From: an uncultured Bacteriovoracaceae bacterium
GTDB lineage: Bacteria > Bdellovibrionota > UBA1018
Assembly (NCBI GenBank): GCA_964363305.1
Contig: CAYIHX010000016.1
Coordinates: 6,824 to 70,823 of the forward strand
DNA: 64,000 nt
Direction: 5' to 3'
The first letter of the stretch is position 1. Each line of letters starts with the position of its first letter. Both the position numbers and the translations under genes were made by a program. The notes under the pieces are model-generated. The model saw nothing but the letters and a program-made list of their open reading frames with translations. It did not search any database and was not told the DNA's origin. Of the stretch, positions 46,571 through 56,642 are shown piece after piece.

Positions 46571-48844
46571 TTAGGTCTCGTCGGTGGTGCTGTTGTTTCG
46601 ATCGCAGCCGGGTTCTTTCTGACCTTTCAGCTCGTGGTCCTCATTGGCGCCCGGATCTAATGGGCCAGGGGCGGCACTGGCCTGAATGGCCCCCTCTAAC
46701 TTCGCGACCTCCCCGACGATCCAGAGCAAATCCGCTGCCTTGATCTGATCTCCAGATCCGGGATTCATCATGCGCCGCTCGCCCCGCTCGATTCCTACCA
46801 CCATCACGCCGAAGATCTCCCGAACCTGCAATTCCCCGAGCGTTTTCCCGTTCCAAGGCGACGCTGCCTCGATCGAGATGCTTCGAAGCAAGTAGTCTTC
46901 GAGACCATGAAACCGCTGTTCGAGACCCGGTGGCTTCTCGATTGAAAAGCGAACCGGCTCAATCAACTCATCGGTTCCCAAGACCAGCAGCTCATCTTTC
47001 GGATAGATCTCCTCCGAAGCGCTTGGCGCGACAAGGGTCTTCAATCCCCGCTGAATCACCACGACGTTTATGCCGTATTTCGATCGAAGGGCCGCCTCTG
47101 CCACCGTTTTTCCAACGATCTCAGAATTCGGATGAACCTTGATCCTGACGAGATGGGCATCCCATGGGGCCAAAATGCGGCGCAAGTCGACGGACCTGCG
47201 ACTTTTCGGCGCCTTGTTGAAACCCTCCTGAAAATTTTTCTGAAACCACAAATAAGAACGTTCCAATCTGCGGTAAAAAAGAACAACCAACAGAATTGCC
47301 CCCGAGCAAGTCAAAAACACTGCAGACCACGTTCCGACGACCCGAGCGCTCCAGAGACCGATCCAAGCCACTGAGCACACGCGAGCAATAAACATCAAAA
47401 TCGGCCGACCTCGCCGAAATGAAGTGAACATGGCCCAGAGAAACGGCCCGCTGAAAAAGAGAATCCCGAGAAGCGCGCCGAGCGCAAAACCCTTTCGCCA
47501 GCCCCATTGAACACGAACCCACGGAATGACCCATTCCAACGCGATCAAAAACATAAGCGCCACGATCAGCGCATTGATCGCCCACAATAGTCCTTGTCGG
47601 TAAAACCAAATCCGCGTCGTGCGATCCGATTGACTGCTCCGCAACGATGAGGCGTAGCGACTCAATCCGTCGCGAAGCCAAAAAGGAAGGGCCACCTCCC
47701 CCTTCACCGCGACCGTATGGCCGAATCTGATCAGAAGCGGCGTAAAAAAAGCGGTCACCGCGGATACGGCCACCGCGATCGGCAGAAGGCTCGAGCTCAC
47801 CGCCCCAAGCGCAATCCCCACACTGACGATAATGAAGGAAAATTCGCCGATCTGCCCCAAACTAAAACCTACCTGCACCGCCGTACGAAACGTCTGCCCC
47901 GAAAGCAACGAACCGAAGGTCGCAAAAAAAAATTTCCCGAACATGACCACACCGCTCAGAAGCAGCACCGTTCCCACGTTCTGCATGATCACGCGCGGAT
48001 CAAGAAGCATCCCAATTGACACAAAAAATACCGCGCCAAAAAGATCACGAATCGGATGAATGACGTGCTCGATTCGATGCGCTTCGCTACTTTCCGCAAG
48101 AATGGATCCCATGATAAAGGCGCCGAGGGCCGTGGAGTAATGAAACGCGTCCGCCACCACGGTCAGCCCCAGACAAAGCGCGACGGAAATCACTGTCAAG
48201 ACCTCCTCCGAACCCCCTCTACCCACATACCGGACAAAACGAGGGACGAGAAAATATCCTGCAAGAAACCAACTCCCCACGACGAAGAACAACTTCCCTC
48301 CCGTCAGAACCAGGGAGAACAAATTCATCGTACCGCTTTTCACGAAGCTGGTGAGCACGACGATCATTAAAATGGCCGCAAGGTCTTCAACGATCAGAAT
48401 TCCGACTACGTTCTCCGCAAACCGCCTAGACTTGACCTTCAACTCATCGAACGCCCGAACGATAATGGTCGTCGACGACACGGCGACCATCGCTCCCACA
48501 AATACTCGATCCATTCGCGGCCAATCGAGCAGCCAGCCCACTCCATAGCCAAACATGAACTGACCGGACATCTCCATCAAGCCGGTCAAGGCCGGAGAAA
48601 ACCCCACGGCGACCAGACGGTGAAAACTGAACTCAAGTCCCAGAGAAAACATCAGGAAGATCACGCCCAGAGCAGATAAAGTCTGAATCTGGCTGACCTC
48701 GACCCACGGCCCGATAGCGATGCCAGCCAGGAGGTACCCCATCACCACGGGAAGCCTTAACCTCTGAAACACCAGCGTAGCCGCCGCCGCCGTGACCAAC
48801 ACGGCAGCGAGATCCTTGATGAGGTACGGAAGCTGTTCAGCCAT
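46571..48844 (-). CDS. CPA2-family cation/H+ antiporter with C-terminal RCK/TrkA-C domains
   Basis: N-terminal Na+/H+ exchanger domain ([12 protein letters not shown]..., 12 TM), a second hydrophobic block, and two TrkA-C-like C-terminal domains ([25 protein letters not shown]...). Confidence 0.75.
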   Translation of the reverse strand: MAEQLPYLIKDLAAVLVTAAAATLVFQRLRLPVVMGYLLAGIAIGPWVEVSQIQTLSALGVIFLMFSLGLEFSFHRLVAVGFSPALTGLMEMSGQFMFGYGVGWLLDWPRMDRVFVGAMVAVSSTTIIVRAFDELKVKSRRFAENVVGILIVEDLAAILMIVVLTSFVKSGTMNLFSLVLTGGKLFFVVGSWFLAGYFLVPRFVRYVGRGGSEEVLTVISVALCLGLTVVADAFHYSTALGAFIMGSILAESSEAHRIEHVIHPIRDLFGAVFFVSIGMLLDPRVIMQNVGTVLLLSGVVMFGKFFFATFGSLLSGQTFRTAVQVGFSLGQIGEFSFIIVSVGIALGAVSSSLLPIAVAVSAVTAFFTPLLIRFGHTVAVKGEVALPFWLRDGLSRYASSLRSSQSDRTTRIWFYRQGLLWAINALIVALMFLIALEWVIPWVRVQWGWRKGFALGALLGILFFSGPFLWAMFTSFRRGRPILMFIARVCSVAWIGLWSARVVGTWSAVFLTCSGAILLVVLFYRRLERSYLWFQKNFQEGFNKAPKSRRSVDLRRILAPWDAHLVRIKVHPNSEIVGKTVAEAALRSKYGINVVVIQRGLKTLVAPSASEEIYPKDELLVLGTDELIEPVRFSIEKPPGLEQRFHGLEDYLLRSISIEAASPWNGKTLGELQVREIFGVMVVGIERGERRMMNPGSGDQIKAADLLWIVGEVAKLEGAIQASAAPGPLDPGANEDHELKGQKEPGCDRNNSTTDET

Positions 48845-50333
48845 CCACGACTGGCATCACCGATTTCACCTCAGCAGCCGCAATGGTCGGCAATACCCGA
48901 ACAAACAGCAGAAAGAGCGTGAAAAACAAACCGAAGGCGCCGAACGTCCATCCCCAGTCCCACCAAGTCGGGACGTACATCGCCCAAGAGGAAGGCAGAA
49001 AATCCCGATGCAGCGAGGTCACGACAATCACGTAGCGTTCAAACCACATTCCGATGTTCACAAACAATGAAACCACGAACATGATCGGAATCGAACGACG
49101 CGCCCTGCGGAACCAAAATATCTGCGGGATGAAAACGTTGCAGCTAAACATCGTCCAGTAGGCCCACCAGTAAGGACCAAAGGCACGATTAATGAAAACA
49201 TACTGCTCAAAGCCCGATCCGCTGTACCAAGCGATGAAGAACTCACAAGTATAGGCGTAGCCCACCATGAGACCCGTCGCCATGATGATCTTGTTCATCT
49301 TTTCCAGGTGGTCCAAGGTGATGTAATTCTTAAAGCCAAACACCTCGCGCATAATGACAAGCAATGTCACCACCATTGCGAATCCAGAAAAAATAGCGCC
49401 CGCAACGAAATACGGCGGGAAAATCGTCGTATGCCATCCCGGGATCTGAGCGACCGCGAAATCGAACGAAACGATTGTATGCACGGAAAGCACAAGCGGT
49501 GTCGAGAGTCCGGCAAGAATCAGATACGCCATTTCATAGTGATTCCAATGCCGGTTCGAGCCCCGCCATCCGAGCGAAAGGAGCGTGTAGATGACTTTAC
49601 GAATTTTATTTTTAGCGCGATCGCGAACCGACGCAAGATCCGGAATCAATCCCACGTACCAGAACACGAACGAGATCGTGAAATAGGTCCCGACGGCGAA
49701 CACGTCCCAAAGTAGAGGAGAACGGAAGTTCACCCAAAGCTGGCGCTGGTTGGGATAGGGCAACAGCCAGAAAGCGGCGTACCAGGGACGTCCGGTATGC
49801 AAAAGTGGGAAACTGAGCGCTGTGATCACCGCAAAGAGCGTCATTGCTTCAGCAGAGCGGTTGATTGCCGTGCGCCATTTCTGCCGAAACAGAAACAGAA
49901 TGGCAGAGATGAGCGTACCGGCATGACCGATACCCACCCAAAACACGAAGTTAGTGATGTCCGTACCCCAGCCGCCCGGTTGGTTGAACCCCAGAACTCC
50001 AAGACCGACGGTCTGAAAGTAGATCACGGTCATCAACCAAACGCCCAACGCGCCGAGCGAGACCCCGAAACAGGTCCACCACTTCCACTCCGGGAAATTT
50101 TCTAACGGACGTAGAACATCGTCCGTTACATTTCCAAAAGTCTTACCGCCAGTAACCAATATTTCTGCTGGAATCGATGCGGACGATGCCGCGCCCGGAC
50201 TTGGTGCCATGTCTGTCGCACTCCTCGAAGGGAAATAGTCTATAAACCTGTCCCTTAGTTTTACGAGAGCCGACGCCGCGTGACTAGCAAAAGTTTGGAC
50301 TTTCGCACTCTTTTCGGGCATTCCCCCCCTCAT
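48837..50333 (-). CDS. NrfD/PsrC-family quinone-interacting membrane protein (ActC-like)
   Basis: Ten TMs with NrfD-family patterns ([14 protein letters not shown]..., [20 protein letters not shown]). No partner Fe-S or molybdopterin subunit genes adjacent. Confidence 0.65.
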   Translation of the reverse strand: MRGGMPEKSAKVQTFASHAASALVKLRDRFIDYFPSRSATDMAPSPGAASSASIPAEILVTGGKTFGNVTDDVLRPLENFPEWKWWTCFGVSLGALGVWLMTVIYFQTVGLGVLGFNQPGGWGTDITNFVFWVGIGHAGTLISAILFLFRQKWRTAINRSAEAMTLFAVITALSFPLLHTGRPWYAAFWLLPYPNQRQLWVNFRSPLLWDVFAVGTYFTISFVFWYVGLIPDLASVRDRAKNKIRKVIYTLLSLGWRGSNRHWNHYEMAYLILAGLSTPLVLSVHTIVSFDFAVAQIPGWHTTIFPPYFVAGAIFSGFAMVVTLLVIMREVFGFKNYITLDHLEKMNKIIMATGLMVGYAYTCEFFIAWYSGSGFEQYVFINRAFGPYWWAYWTMFSCNVFIPQIFWFRRARRSIPIMFVVSLFVNIGMWFERYVIVVTSLHRDFLPSSWAMYVPTWWDWGWTFGAFGLFFTLFLLFVRVLPTIAAAEVKSVMPVVDG

Positions 50334-50751
50334 GCGATACTTCGGCCTCCTTGCCGCCGGACTCCTCTGCCTCGCAGCAAACCTCTTTCTGGTGAGCCCT
50401 TACCTCCTAAAAATCGCCGGAGACCTTTGGGCCAACAGCATTTACGCGCTCCTTCGCATCGCCCTCTTCTTTGCAACTGGCTTCCTTCTCACCGTCCTCG
50501 CCGGACGGTCCCGCTATCAAAGCCTGATGGCTGCGGCTTTTTTGGCGCTCACGGAGCAGATCGCCTTTCGTGGCGGTGCACTTTTTGTAGACGCGGTCCG
50601 AAATCCAGCAGAATGGACCCATGCATCGACATCAGGCCTCATCTATGGACTTCTCATGGGCTTCATCACTTTCCTCCCCATCATCCTCATGCTGGCATGG
50701 GCAGGCACTGAAGCGGGCCGTCTCTGGCTGAAGCACCATCCGGATCAATGA
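50332..50751 (+). CDS. Hypothetical 4-TM membrane protein
   Basis: Hydrophobic profile only. Divergent from the NrfD-like gene. Confidence 0.35.
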   Translation: MRYFGLLAAGLLCLAANLFLVSPYLLKIAGDLWANSIYALLRIALFFATGFLLTVLAGRSRYQSLMAAAFLALTEQIAFRGGALFVDAVRNPAEWTHASTSGLIYGLLMGFITFLPIILMLAWAGTEAGRLWLKHHPDQ

Positions 50752-52106
50752 CCCAGACGCATTGAAAAGCTGAATTCCTTGAGAACTTCGCGAGAAGGGC
50801 CCATGCCTGTCACTCGAACCTCCGCCCGCTCCCCTTTGCGTGAAAAATCAAAAACGGCGTAATTATTAATATTTGCACGACCAAAAATCTGGCGGCGATT
50901 GGGGTACTCGCCCCAACTCGATGGGAACACGACTGCATGAATTGCACTCGTCGTAAATTCATAGCTTTCATATCCCAAAATTTTCGGCTCAATTTTTTGA
51001 AACTCCAGCAGATGCCGGTCCCCACTCAAAAACACGAGCTTCGCCCCAGTCCTCTTGGCTCTCTCTAGCCAGCGAGCCAAGCTTCGAGGATGATTTGCCT
51101 CGTAGGACTCGAATTGCGGGGCGTACCCCCCCCAAAATTGGTCTCCATTGATCACCCAGTGCAGAAGCTTGCCCTTTTCGGAGAGGCCCCTGATGAGCCA
51201 ATCCTCCTGCTCTTTCCCCCAATGCGTCTCGGAAGTCCGAAAGGTTCGATCATCCATAAAATGGAACCGCAAGAAACCCCACTTGAGCACGCTCGAGATT
51301 CCTGGACCTTGTTCATACTGAGACCCCAGCGAATCACCGGGAAAGTAGTCGCGAAACAGCTTCGACACTAGGCTCAGCCCTGGCGTACCCTTGTGACTAT
51401 TATCCCGACCCACATCATGATCGTCCCAGGTCGTAAAAACAGGGATCAGACGTTCTTGGCGAAAAAGGGCGAGCGCCGAACGAGTTTCCCCGTAGCGTTT
51501 GACGACTTCCGCAAAACCAGGCTCCGGAGAAATGACCTTTCCACCCCTCCGATCGGCATAGGTGTTGTCGCCGATCAAGAAAAGGGCGTTGGGCCGCTCC
51601 CCCCATACTTGGCTCCACATTTTTTTTTGCAACTCGTCGTAGTAATCATCCATGCACGCGGCAACGACGATCCGAATAGGGTTCGCGGACGCCTGAAGAG
51701 GCGCAAGCAGGCGTTGATCAACCAGGCGTCCGCCCTCGGATACTCGAAGGCGGTATTCTGTTGATTCACGGAGCCCGTCGAAACGCGCCACCCGTAATTT
51801 CAGAGGGGAGGCCATTCGAATTTTTGACACCACTTGAACAGGCGCAACCGCCGTTCCATCGGCACCCACCAGACGCAACTCCGGTTCGTTCGGCCCAGTA
51901 AAGCCGACGACAACCGTTACGGTGGTGGCCGTAGAAGGTCCTTGAAGAATAGGCAGCGCACCAAAGCTCGGTGCAGAATCCGCCCAAGGTGCCGACGTAG
52001 TAACCCCCGACAGCGCGCCCCATAGGACGAACCACCGAAAGCCCTGTCGACCCCAAAAACTCCAGGATCTTCCAGAACTAAGCGAAGCGCTTCTGACGAG
52101 TCTCAC
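50745..52106 (-). CDS. PhoD-like phosphatase / metallophosphoesterase
   Basis: FLIGDNTYAD, TWDDHDVGRDNS and VFLSGDRHLLEF are characteristic PhoD-like metallophosphatase motifs. Signal region is Tat-like. Confidence 0.7.
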   Translation of the reverse strand: MRLVRSASLSSGRSWSFWGRQGFRWFVLWGALSGVTTSAPWADSAPSFGALPILQGPSTATTVTVVVGFTGPNEPELRLVGADGTAVAPVQVVSKIRMASPLKLRVARFDGLRESTEYRLRVSEGGRLVDQRLLAPLQASANPIRIVVAACMDDYYDELQKKMWSQVWGERPNALFLIGDNTYADRRGGKVISPEPGFAEVVKRYGETRSALALFRQERLIPVFTTWDDHDVGRDNSHKGTPGLSLVSKLFRDYFPGDSLGSQYEQGPGISSVLKWGFLRFHFMDDRTFRTSETHWGKEQEDWLIRGLSEKGKLLHWVINGDQFWGGYAPQFESYEANHPRSLARWLERAKRTGAKLVFLSGDRHLLEFQKIEPKILGYESYEFTTSAIHAVVFPSSWGEYPNRRQIFGRANINNYAVFDFSRKGERAEVRVTGMGPSREVLKEFSFSMRLGH

Positions 52107-52494
52107 GGATCTCAGCCCCTATTAGGCTAAGTCGAGTCCAAGGCAAAGCGAGGAGGCGTTGCCGTTCGATCGGCTCTTCCGTCTCTTCGCAGACCCCGTA
52201 GGTGCCCACCTCGAGTCGAACAAGCGCGTCGGCGATTTCGCCCAGCTCTTTCACTATTTTTTCGCGACGTGTTAATGCCGTGTGCTGATCAGTCAATGTC
52301 TGCGCCATATCGCCCTCGTCTCCCGTAACCTCGCTCTTCAGAGCGGGTTCCAGGTCACGCATACCATTCAGGCGATCTTGACGAGCCTTGAGCAATCGTT
52401 TGCGGCATTCCGTTACGAAGCTATCCCAAGATTCATCCATAAATCCCGGTCCTTTCCCATCATCGAGTCTGAAGGAGAACTTCAGCCTATGCAA
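52078..52494 (-). CDS. DksA/TraR-family protein lacking the Cys4 zinc finger (DksA2-like)
   Basis: Coiled-coil with acidic tip. The C-terminus GTYGVCEETEEPIERQRLLALPWTRLSLIGAEIRE aligns to the DksA zinc finger but keeps only 1 of 4 Cys. Confidence 0.6.
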   Translation of the reverse strand: MHRLKFSFRLDDGKGPGFMDESWDSFVTECRKRLLKARQDRLNGMRDLEPALKSEVTGDEGDMAQTLTDQHTALTRREKIVKELGEIADALVRLEVGTYGVCEETEEPIERQRLLALPWTRLSLIGAEIRETRQKRFA

Positions 52495-52591
52495 AGAAAT
52501 ATATCAAAGGAGTCAACCTCTTGACGGAAACAAAAAAGGCGCTGAACTTTCGTTCAGCGCCTTTGAAATGATTGATCTATTTTTCGACCAG

Positions 52592-52921
52592 TTAAAGGTC
52601 GCGATAACTGCGATGACGATCCGAAACAGGAAGCAACGCCAACTGGCGGGCTCGCTTAATTTCCGTCGCAACATGTCGCTGCTGTTTGCGACTCAAACGA
52701 CTCACACGAGCAGCCACAATGCGGCCACCCTCAGTAATGAACTGACGAAGCGACTCAACGTCCTTATAATCAAAAATCAAATCGACCGGAGGACGGGAAC
52801 GACGGCGAGAGAAAACTTCTCCGCGGTCTGCTCCGGCGTCACCGCCGCGATCCGAATTACGATCCCCGCCGCGATCTCCACCGCGGTCTGCTCCTTTTTT
52901 CGAACCCTCTTTCATCGACAT
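52592..52921 (-). CDS. rpsR: 30S ribosomal protein S18 with a ~35-aa N-terminal GGDR-repeat extension
   Basis: The C-terminal 70 aa match S18 ([52 protein letters not shown]). N-terminus: [27 protein letters not shown]. Start overlaps the L28 stop (TAATG). Confidence 0.8.
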   Translation of the reverse strand: MSMKEGSKKGADRGGDRGGDRNSDRGGDAGADRGEVFSRRRSRPPVDLIFDYKDVESLRQFITEGGRIVAARVSRLSRKQQRHVATEIKRARQLALLPVSDRHRSYRDL

Positions 52922-53220
52922 TATTTCTTACTCCCCTGCATCTTAGCCTGCTTCGCCAGAGATCTCTTCACTCGGAGAAGCTGCTGAGACAGATTTTCGT
53001 CTTTCGCCTTACGAATCGCCATCGTTATTCCACCCACCTTATCGATGGTATGAATCGCATGCGTCGAAAGACGGAGAGTGAGGATTTGCCCCAACTCTTG
53101 AATCGCATACCGCTTGCGCTGCAGATTCGGCAGCCAACGAGTACGGGTTTTAGTATTCGAATGGGAAACAAGATTTCCCGTTACCGGACCTTTGCCAGTC
53201 AATTCACAAACACGTGCCAT
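52921..53220 (-). CDS. rpmB: 50S ribosomal protein L28 (single-Cys, zinc-ribbon-less type)
   Basis: [34 protein letters not shown]... is the canonical L28 N-terminus. Confidence 0.85.
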   Translation of the reverse strand: MARVCELTGKGPVTGNLVSHSNTKTRTRWLPNLQRKRYAIQELGQILTLRLSTHAIHTIDKVGGITMAIRKAKDENLSQQLLRVKRSLAKQAKMQGSKK

Positions 53221-53223
53221 GAC

Positions 53224-53562
53224 TCACTTCTCCTGATCGAGCACGGTGCCGCTCTTCTTCGCGAAGCGCACCCATTGCCCCTTGGCATTTTTCTTCATGC
53301 CCACACGGGTCGGCTTCCCAGCGCTCGGGTCGAAGATCATGACATTTGAAACGTGGAGCGGAAGCTCCTTCGTGATGATTCCCCCTTGCGGGTTCTGTTG
53401 ACTGGCCTTCACATGACGCTTCGCCATATTGAGCCCTTCCACCACGACGCGTTCAGTCTTGGGGAGAACGCGGACGACTTTCCCCTGCTTGCCTTTTTCG
53501 CGACCTGCGATCACTTGAACGAGATCGCCCTTCTGAATATGAAAACGATGAGTCAGATTCAT
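53224..53562 (-). CDS. rplX: 50S ribosomal protein L24 (KOW domain)
   Basis: IQKGDLVQVIAGREKGKQGKV...VVEGLNMAKRHVK...NPQGGIITKELPLHVSNVMIF...RVGMK aligns closely with bacterial L24. Confidence 0.75.
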   Translation of the reverse strand: MNLTHRFHIQKGDLVQVIAGREKGKQGKVVRVLPKTERVVVEGLNMAKRHVKASQQNPQGGIITKELPLHVSNVMIFDPSAGKPTRVGMKKNAKGQWVRFAKKSGTVLDQEK

Positions 53563-53575
53563 GACTTCCTACCTA

Positions 53576-53746
53576 TTACTTCTTGCTGTGGCTGGGCATC
53601 TTGCCTTCCACGAACAGAACATGCTTACGGACACGAGGATCATACTTCTTGAACTGAAGTTTATCTGTCGTCCGTTGTTTATTCTTGGTCGTGTAGTAGG
53701 CGTAGCCCGTACCGGCCGTCGATACGATGCGAACTTTTTCTCTCAT
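53576..53746 (-). CDS. rpmG: 50S ribosomal protein L33 (Cys-free C- form); below the ORF-track size cutoff
   Basis: Minus-strand translation [56 protein letters not shown] is near-identical in pattern to L33. ATGA overlap with the L31 stop. Confidence 0.8.
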   Translation of the reverse strand: MREKVRIVSTAGTGYAYYTTKNKQRTTDKLQFKKYDPRVRKHVLFVEGKMPSHSKK

Positions 53747-54003
53747 TTGGCCCCCGGTGTCTTCGTGCCGTACTTCTTCATGAAGCGCTCAACTCGGCCC
53801 GCAGTATCCAGCAACTTGTCTTTGCCGGTATAAAACGGATGAGAGGCGCTCGAAATTTCTACTTTCGCGAGCGGGTAGGTCTCGCCATCTTCCCAAGCGA
53901 CAGTTTCCTTTGTCTGGATCGTCGAACGCGTCAAAAACGCGAAGCCGCTCGAAACATCTTGAAACACTACATCGCGATAAACAGGGTGAATTCCTTGCTT
54001 CAT
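53743..54003 (-). CDS. rpmE2: 50S ribosomal protein L31 type B (YkgM/RpmE2-like, Cys-free)
   Basis: [18 protein letters not shown]...[19 protein letters not shown]...GRVERF matches type B L31 and lacks the CxxC pairs of type A. GGAGAA Shine-Dalgarno upstream of ATG 54003. Confidence 0.85.
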   Translation of the reverse strand: MKQGIHPVYRDVVFQDVSSGFAFLTRSTIQTKETVAWEDGETYPLAKVEISSASHPFYTGKDKLLDTAGRVERFMKKYGTKTPGAK

Positions 54004-54200
54004 CGAATCATTCTCCAAAACCTAATGCCAGAGGTGACAGAGGTAACTAGCCTAGGCAATGAGTGATTGCAACGGCGATTACCGCTTGAAACAGCCCCTG
54101 CTTGGCGTTCCGACTCTACTAATTCAGAGTACGCCTCGGCGGCAAGAAAACATTTCAAAGATTGATTGAATTACGGCGGACCCTCGTTAAACTAGCGGTC

Positions 54201-54587
54201 ATGAAACGAATTTCTACCGCAGCCCAAGTCCTTCTGGGGATCATCTTTCTTGTTTTCGGCCTAAACGGCTTCTTTCATTTTATTCCAGACTTCCCCGTTC
54301 CAGAGCGAGCAGGTGCGTTCATCGGTGCACTTTTGAGCACCGGATATCTGTTCAAGCTCCTGAAAAGCGTTGAAATCCTCTCGGGCGCCCTTCTCCTTGT
54401 TGGGTGGTATGTCCCCCTCGCTCTGATCTTCCTCGCGCCGATCATCGTAAATATCGATTTGTTTCACTTTTTTCTCGCGCCTGCGGGACTCCCGATAGCC
54501 TTTGCAATGACAGGCTTGGAACTTTACTTGCTTTGGCACTACCGAGCCCAATTCGGCAGTATTCTGTCACGCAAACCCTCCTACTGA
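54201..54587 (+). CDS. DoxX-like small membrane protein
   Basis: Four TMs (QVLLGIIFLVFGLNGFFHF...). Start placed at MKRIST. Confidence 0.45.
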   Translation: MKRISTAAQVLLGIIFLVFGLNGFFHFIPDFPVPERAGAFIGALLSTGYLFKLLKSVEILSGALLLVGWYVPLALIFLAPIIVNIDLFHFFLAPAGLPIAFAMTGLELYLLWHYRAQFGSILSRKPSY

Positions 54588-54810
54588 CGCCCAAATGGCT
54601 ATTTTGTCCCCTCTCTACCGTCCGAATCTCTTCGAACTCAATTAAATTGGTTAATATTGGCCCCGCCGTAGATTTTTTTCGCCAAATAACCAGTTTTTCC
54701 GCGAGTTTTCACCTCAACCTCCGAAACAGCATTGACAGGTTCACCTGAACTATGTCAATTTTTATAAATATTGTTATATTTTCTTAACAATAAAGCGACG
54801 AGGTGTTTTT

Positions 54811-55671
54811 ATGAATTTCGATCGTTCCATACGTCTTCTATCTTGTGTTGCCCTCTCCATCACTGCCGCCCTGGGGAGCGGTTGCGGAAAAAATCAGATC
54901 CTCCGGGATGTCTCCGCAAAGACTCAACAGAGCGAGGCCGGACATGTATCGGTCGAGATCACTTCCGTGTGGGATACCGGGAACATCCGGGTTCCCGCTG
55001 TTACGCTGCCGATCCCAGACCCGAACCACCCCTCCATCACCATTGGTTCGGTCAGCCTCAAGGAGGTTTTTCCTTCTGGCGCCGAAATCTCCGTCGGACT
55101 CGATCTCACCGAACTGGCCGACGTTGATTCAGATGACGCCCTACTCCCGAACGGCACAACCATTCCGATCGGTGGATTAGGCGATACGCCGGTGATCGGC
55201 CTCAAAGTGGGCGATACCGCCGCCCGTGCCTATTTCGCACTAGGAAGCGGCGTCGCCCTCATGGGATTCGCCATTCCCATCCGCGAATTCGATGGCCTCG
55301 GACGCAGCATGGGAAGAAGCAACGCCTTCATACCATTTCAATTCGGAGACGTCCGCGGGACCGGCGGACTCTTTAGCAGTCCCGATTCGGGCCAGACCGG
55401 CCCCGGCCTTTTCGTTGATATTGGGCCCCTCTTGCAGAGCCTGGCAAAACCAAAGCCTCCTTCTGTTGAGGGAATCGGCTCGACGAAAGGCGCGCTTTCC
55501 TCCGGCGCTCCCGACAATGGCGTCGAGCAGGTGCTAGCCGCCATGAATCGCGGACAACAACAGGCAAGCCCGCACTTCTACGAGCGAAAACTTTCGCGCC
55601 GTGCTGACGAGAACATGAAGCGCGGCCTGTACGAACTGCATCGCCGAGGGACCTCCATTCATCCCCGGTAA
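54811..55671 (+). CDS. Hypothetical lipoprotein
   Basis: Signal plus lipobox LGSGCG. Gly-rich beta-like body. Precedes the ABC exporter genes. Confidence 0.5.
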   Translation: MNFDRSIRLLSCVALSITAALGSGCGKNQILRDVSAKTQQSEAGHVSVEITSVWDTGNIRVPAVTLPIPDPNHPSITIGSVSLKEVFPSGAEISVGLDLTELADVDSDDALLPNGTTIPIGGLGDTPVIGLKVGDTAARAYFALGSGVALMGFAIPIREFDGLGRSMGRSNAFIPFQFGDVRGTGGLFSSPDSGQTGPGLFVDIGPLLQSLAKPKPPSVEGIGSTKGALSSGAPDNGVEQVLAAMNRGQQQASPHFYERKLSRRADENMKRGLYELHRRGTSIHPR

Positions 55672-55736
55672 CCGGCTACCCACGGCAGCCCCGAAGGTCC
55701 TTCCTTCGGGGCTGCTGATTACGATACAACCCCCGA

Positions 55737-56642
55737 ATGAACGACATCCCGCTCATCGAGGTGCGAAATCTTCGCAAAGAATTCAAAGGTGGCGTCAAAG
55801 CCGTAAACAACGTCAGCTTCAAAATTCGTGAAGGCATCTGCTTCGGCCTACTCGGACCGAACGGCGCAGGAAAGACCACTACGATCGAAATGCTCGAGGG
55901 CATCACGCCTGCTTCGGGCGGAGAGGTCCTCTACCGAGGTAGACCCAGAACTCCTGACTTCAAAGAAAAGCTGGGGATCCAGTTTCAGTCGACCGCGCTG
56001 CCGGACTTCCTCACCGTAAGAGAGGTTCTTCGTCTGTTTTCTACTTTCTACGAAGAGAACTCCGACATCAGTGAACTCATCCGACTCTGTAACCTTTCAG
56101 AATTCCTCGACCGCGACACCCACAAGCTCTCCGGCGGCCAAAGGCAGCGCGTGCTGCTTGCCCTGGCCTTGGTCAATAATCCCGACGTCGTCTTTCTCGA
56201 TGAGCCGACCACGGGTCTGGATCCGCAAGCGCGCAGAAACTTCTGGGCACTCGTCCAAGCCATCAAGGCAAAAAAGAAGACGCTCATCCTCACCACTCAT
56301 TATATGGAGGAAGCCTACATCCTCTGCGACGAGATTATCATCATGGATCAGGGGAAAATCCTCATCGAAGGGCCTCCTGATCGGCTCCTGGGTGAACATT
56401 TTGAGGGAATCTCCGCCGAACTCCCCAGGCACGATCTTTCCGATAGCGCCTCAACGAGGTTGAAAGCCGCTGGTTTTACGATCCTCGAACGGGAAGACAG
56501 GATCGAGATCCAGACCAGCTCGGTAGCCTCATTGATCGAGGTTCTTCAGCTTGCCGGCACCCCACTGGGTGGTCTACGCATCCGCTCGCAAACTCTCGAA
56601 GACCTTTTCCTGAAACTGACCGGAAAGGAACTCCGCGGATGA
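55737..56642 (+). CDS. ABC transporter ATP-binding protein (ABC-2 exporter type)
   Basis: Walker A GLLGPNGAGKTTT, signature LSGGQRQRV, Walker B VVFLDEPTTGLD. Confidence 0.85.
   Translation: MNDIPLIEVRNLRKEFKGGVKAVNNVSFKIREGICFGLLGPNGAGKTTTIEMLEGITPASGGEVLYRGRPRTPDFKEKLGIQFQSTALPDFLTVREVLRLFSTFYEENSDISELIRLCNLSEFLDRDTHKLSGGQRQRVLLALALVNNPDVVFLDEPTTGLDPQARRNFWALVQAIKAKKKTLILTTHYMEEAYILCDEIIIMDQGKILIEGPPDRLLGEHFEGISAELPRHDLSDSASTRLKAAGFTILEREDRIEIQTSSVASLIEVLQLAGTPLGGLRIRSQTLEDLFLKLTGKELRG

Noticed and set aside
54004-54160. Zur box upstream of the L31B operon
   Set aside because: Looked for an AT-rich palindrome. Only a short GCCTAGGC palindrome and no convincing Zur-like operator were found by eye. 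Left as a test in the finding rather than a called feature.
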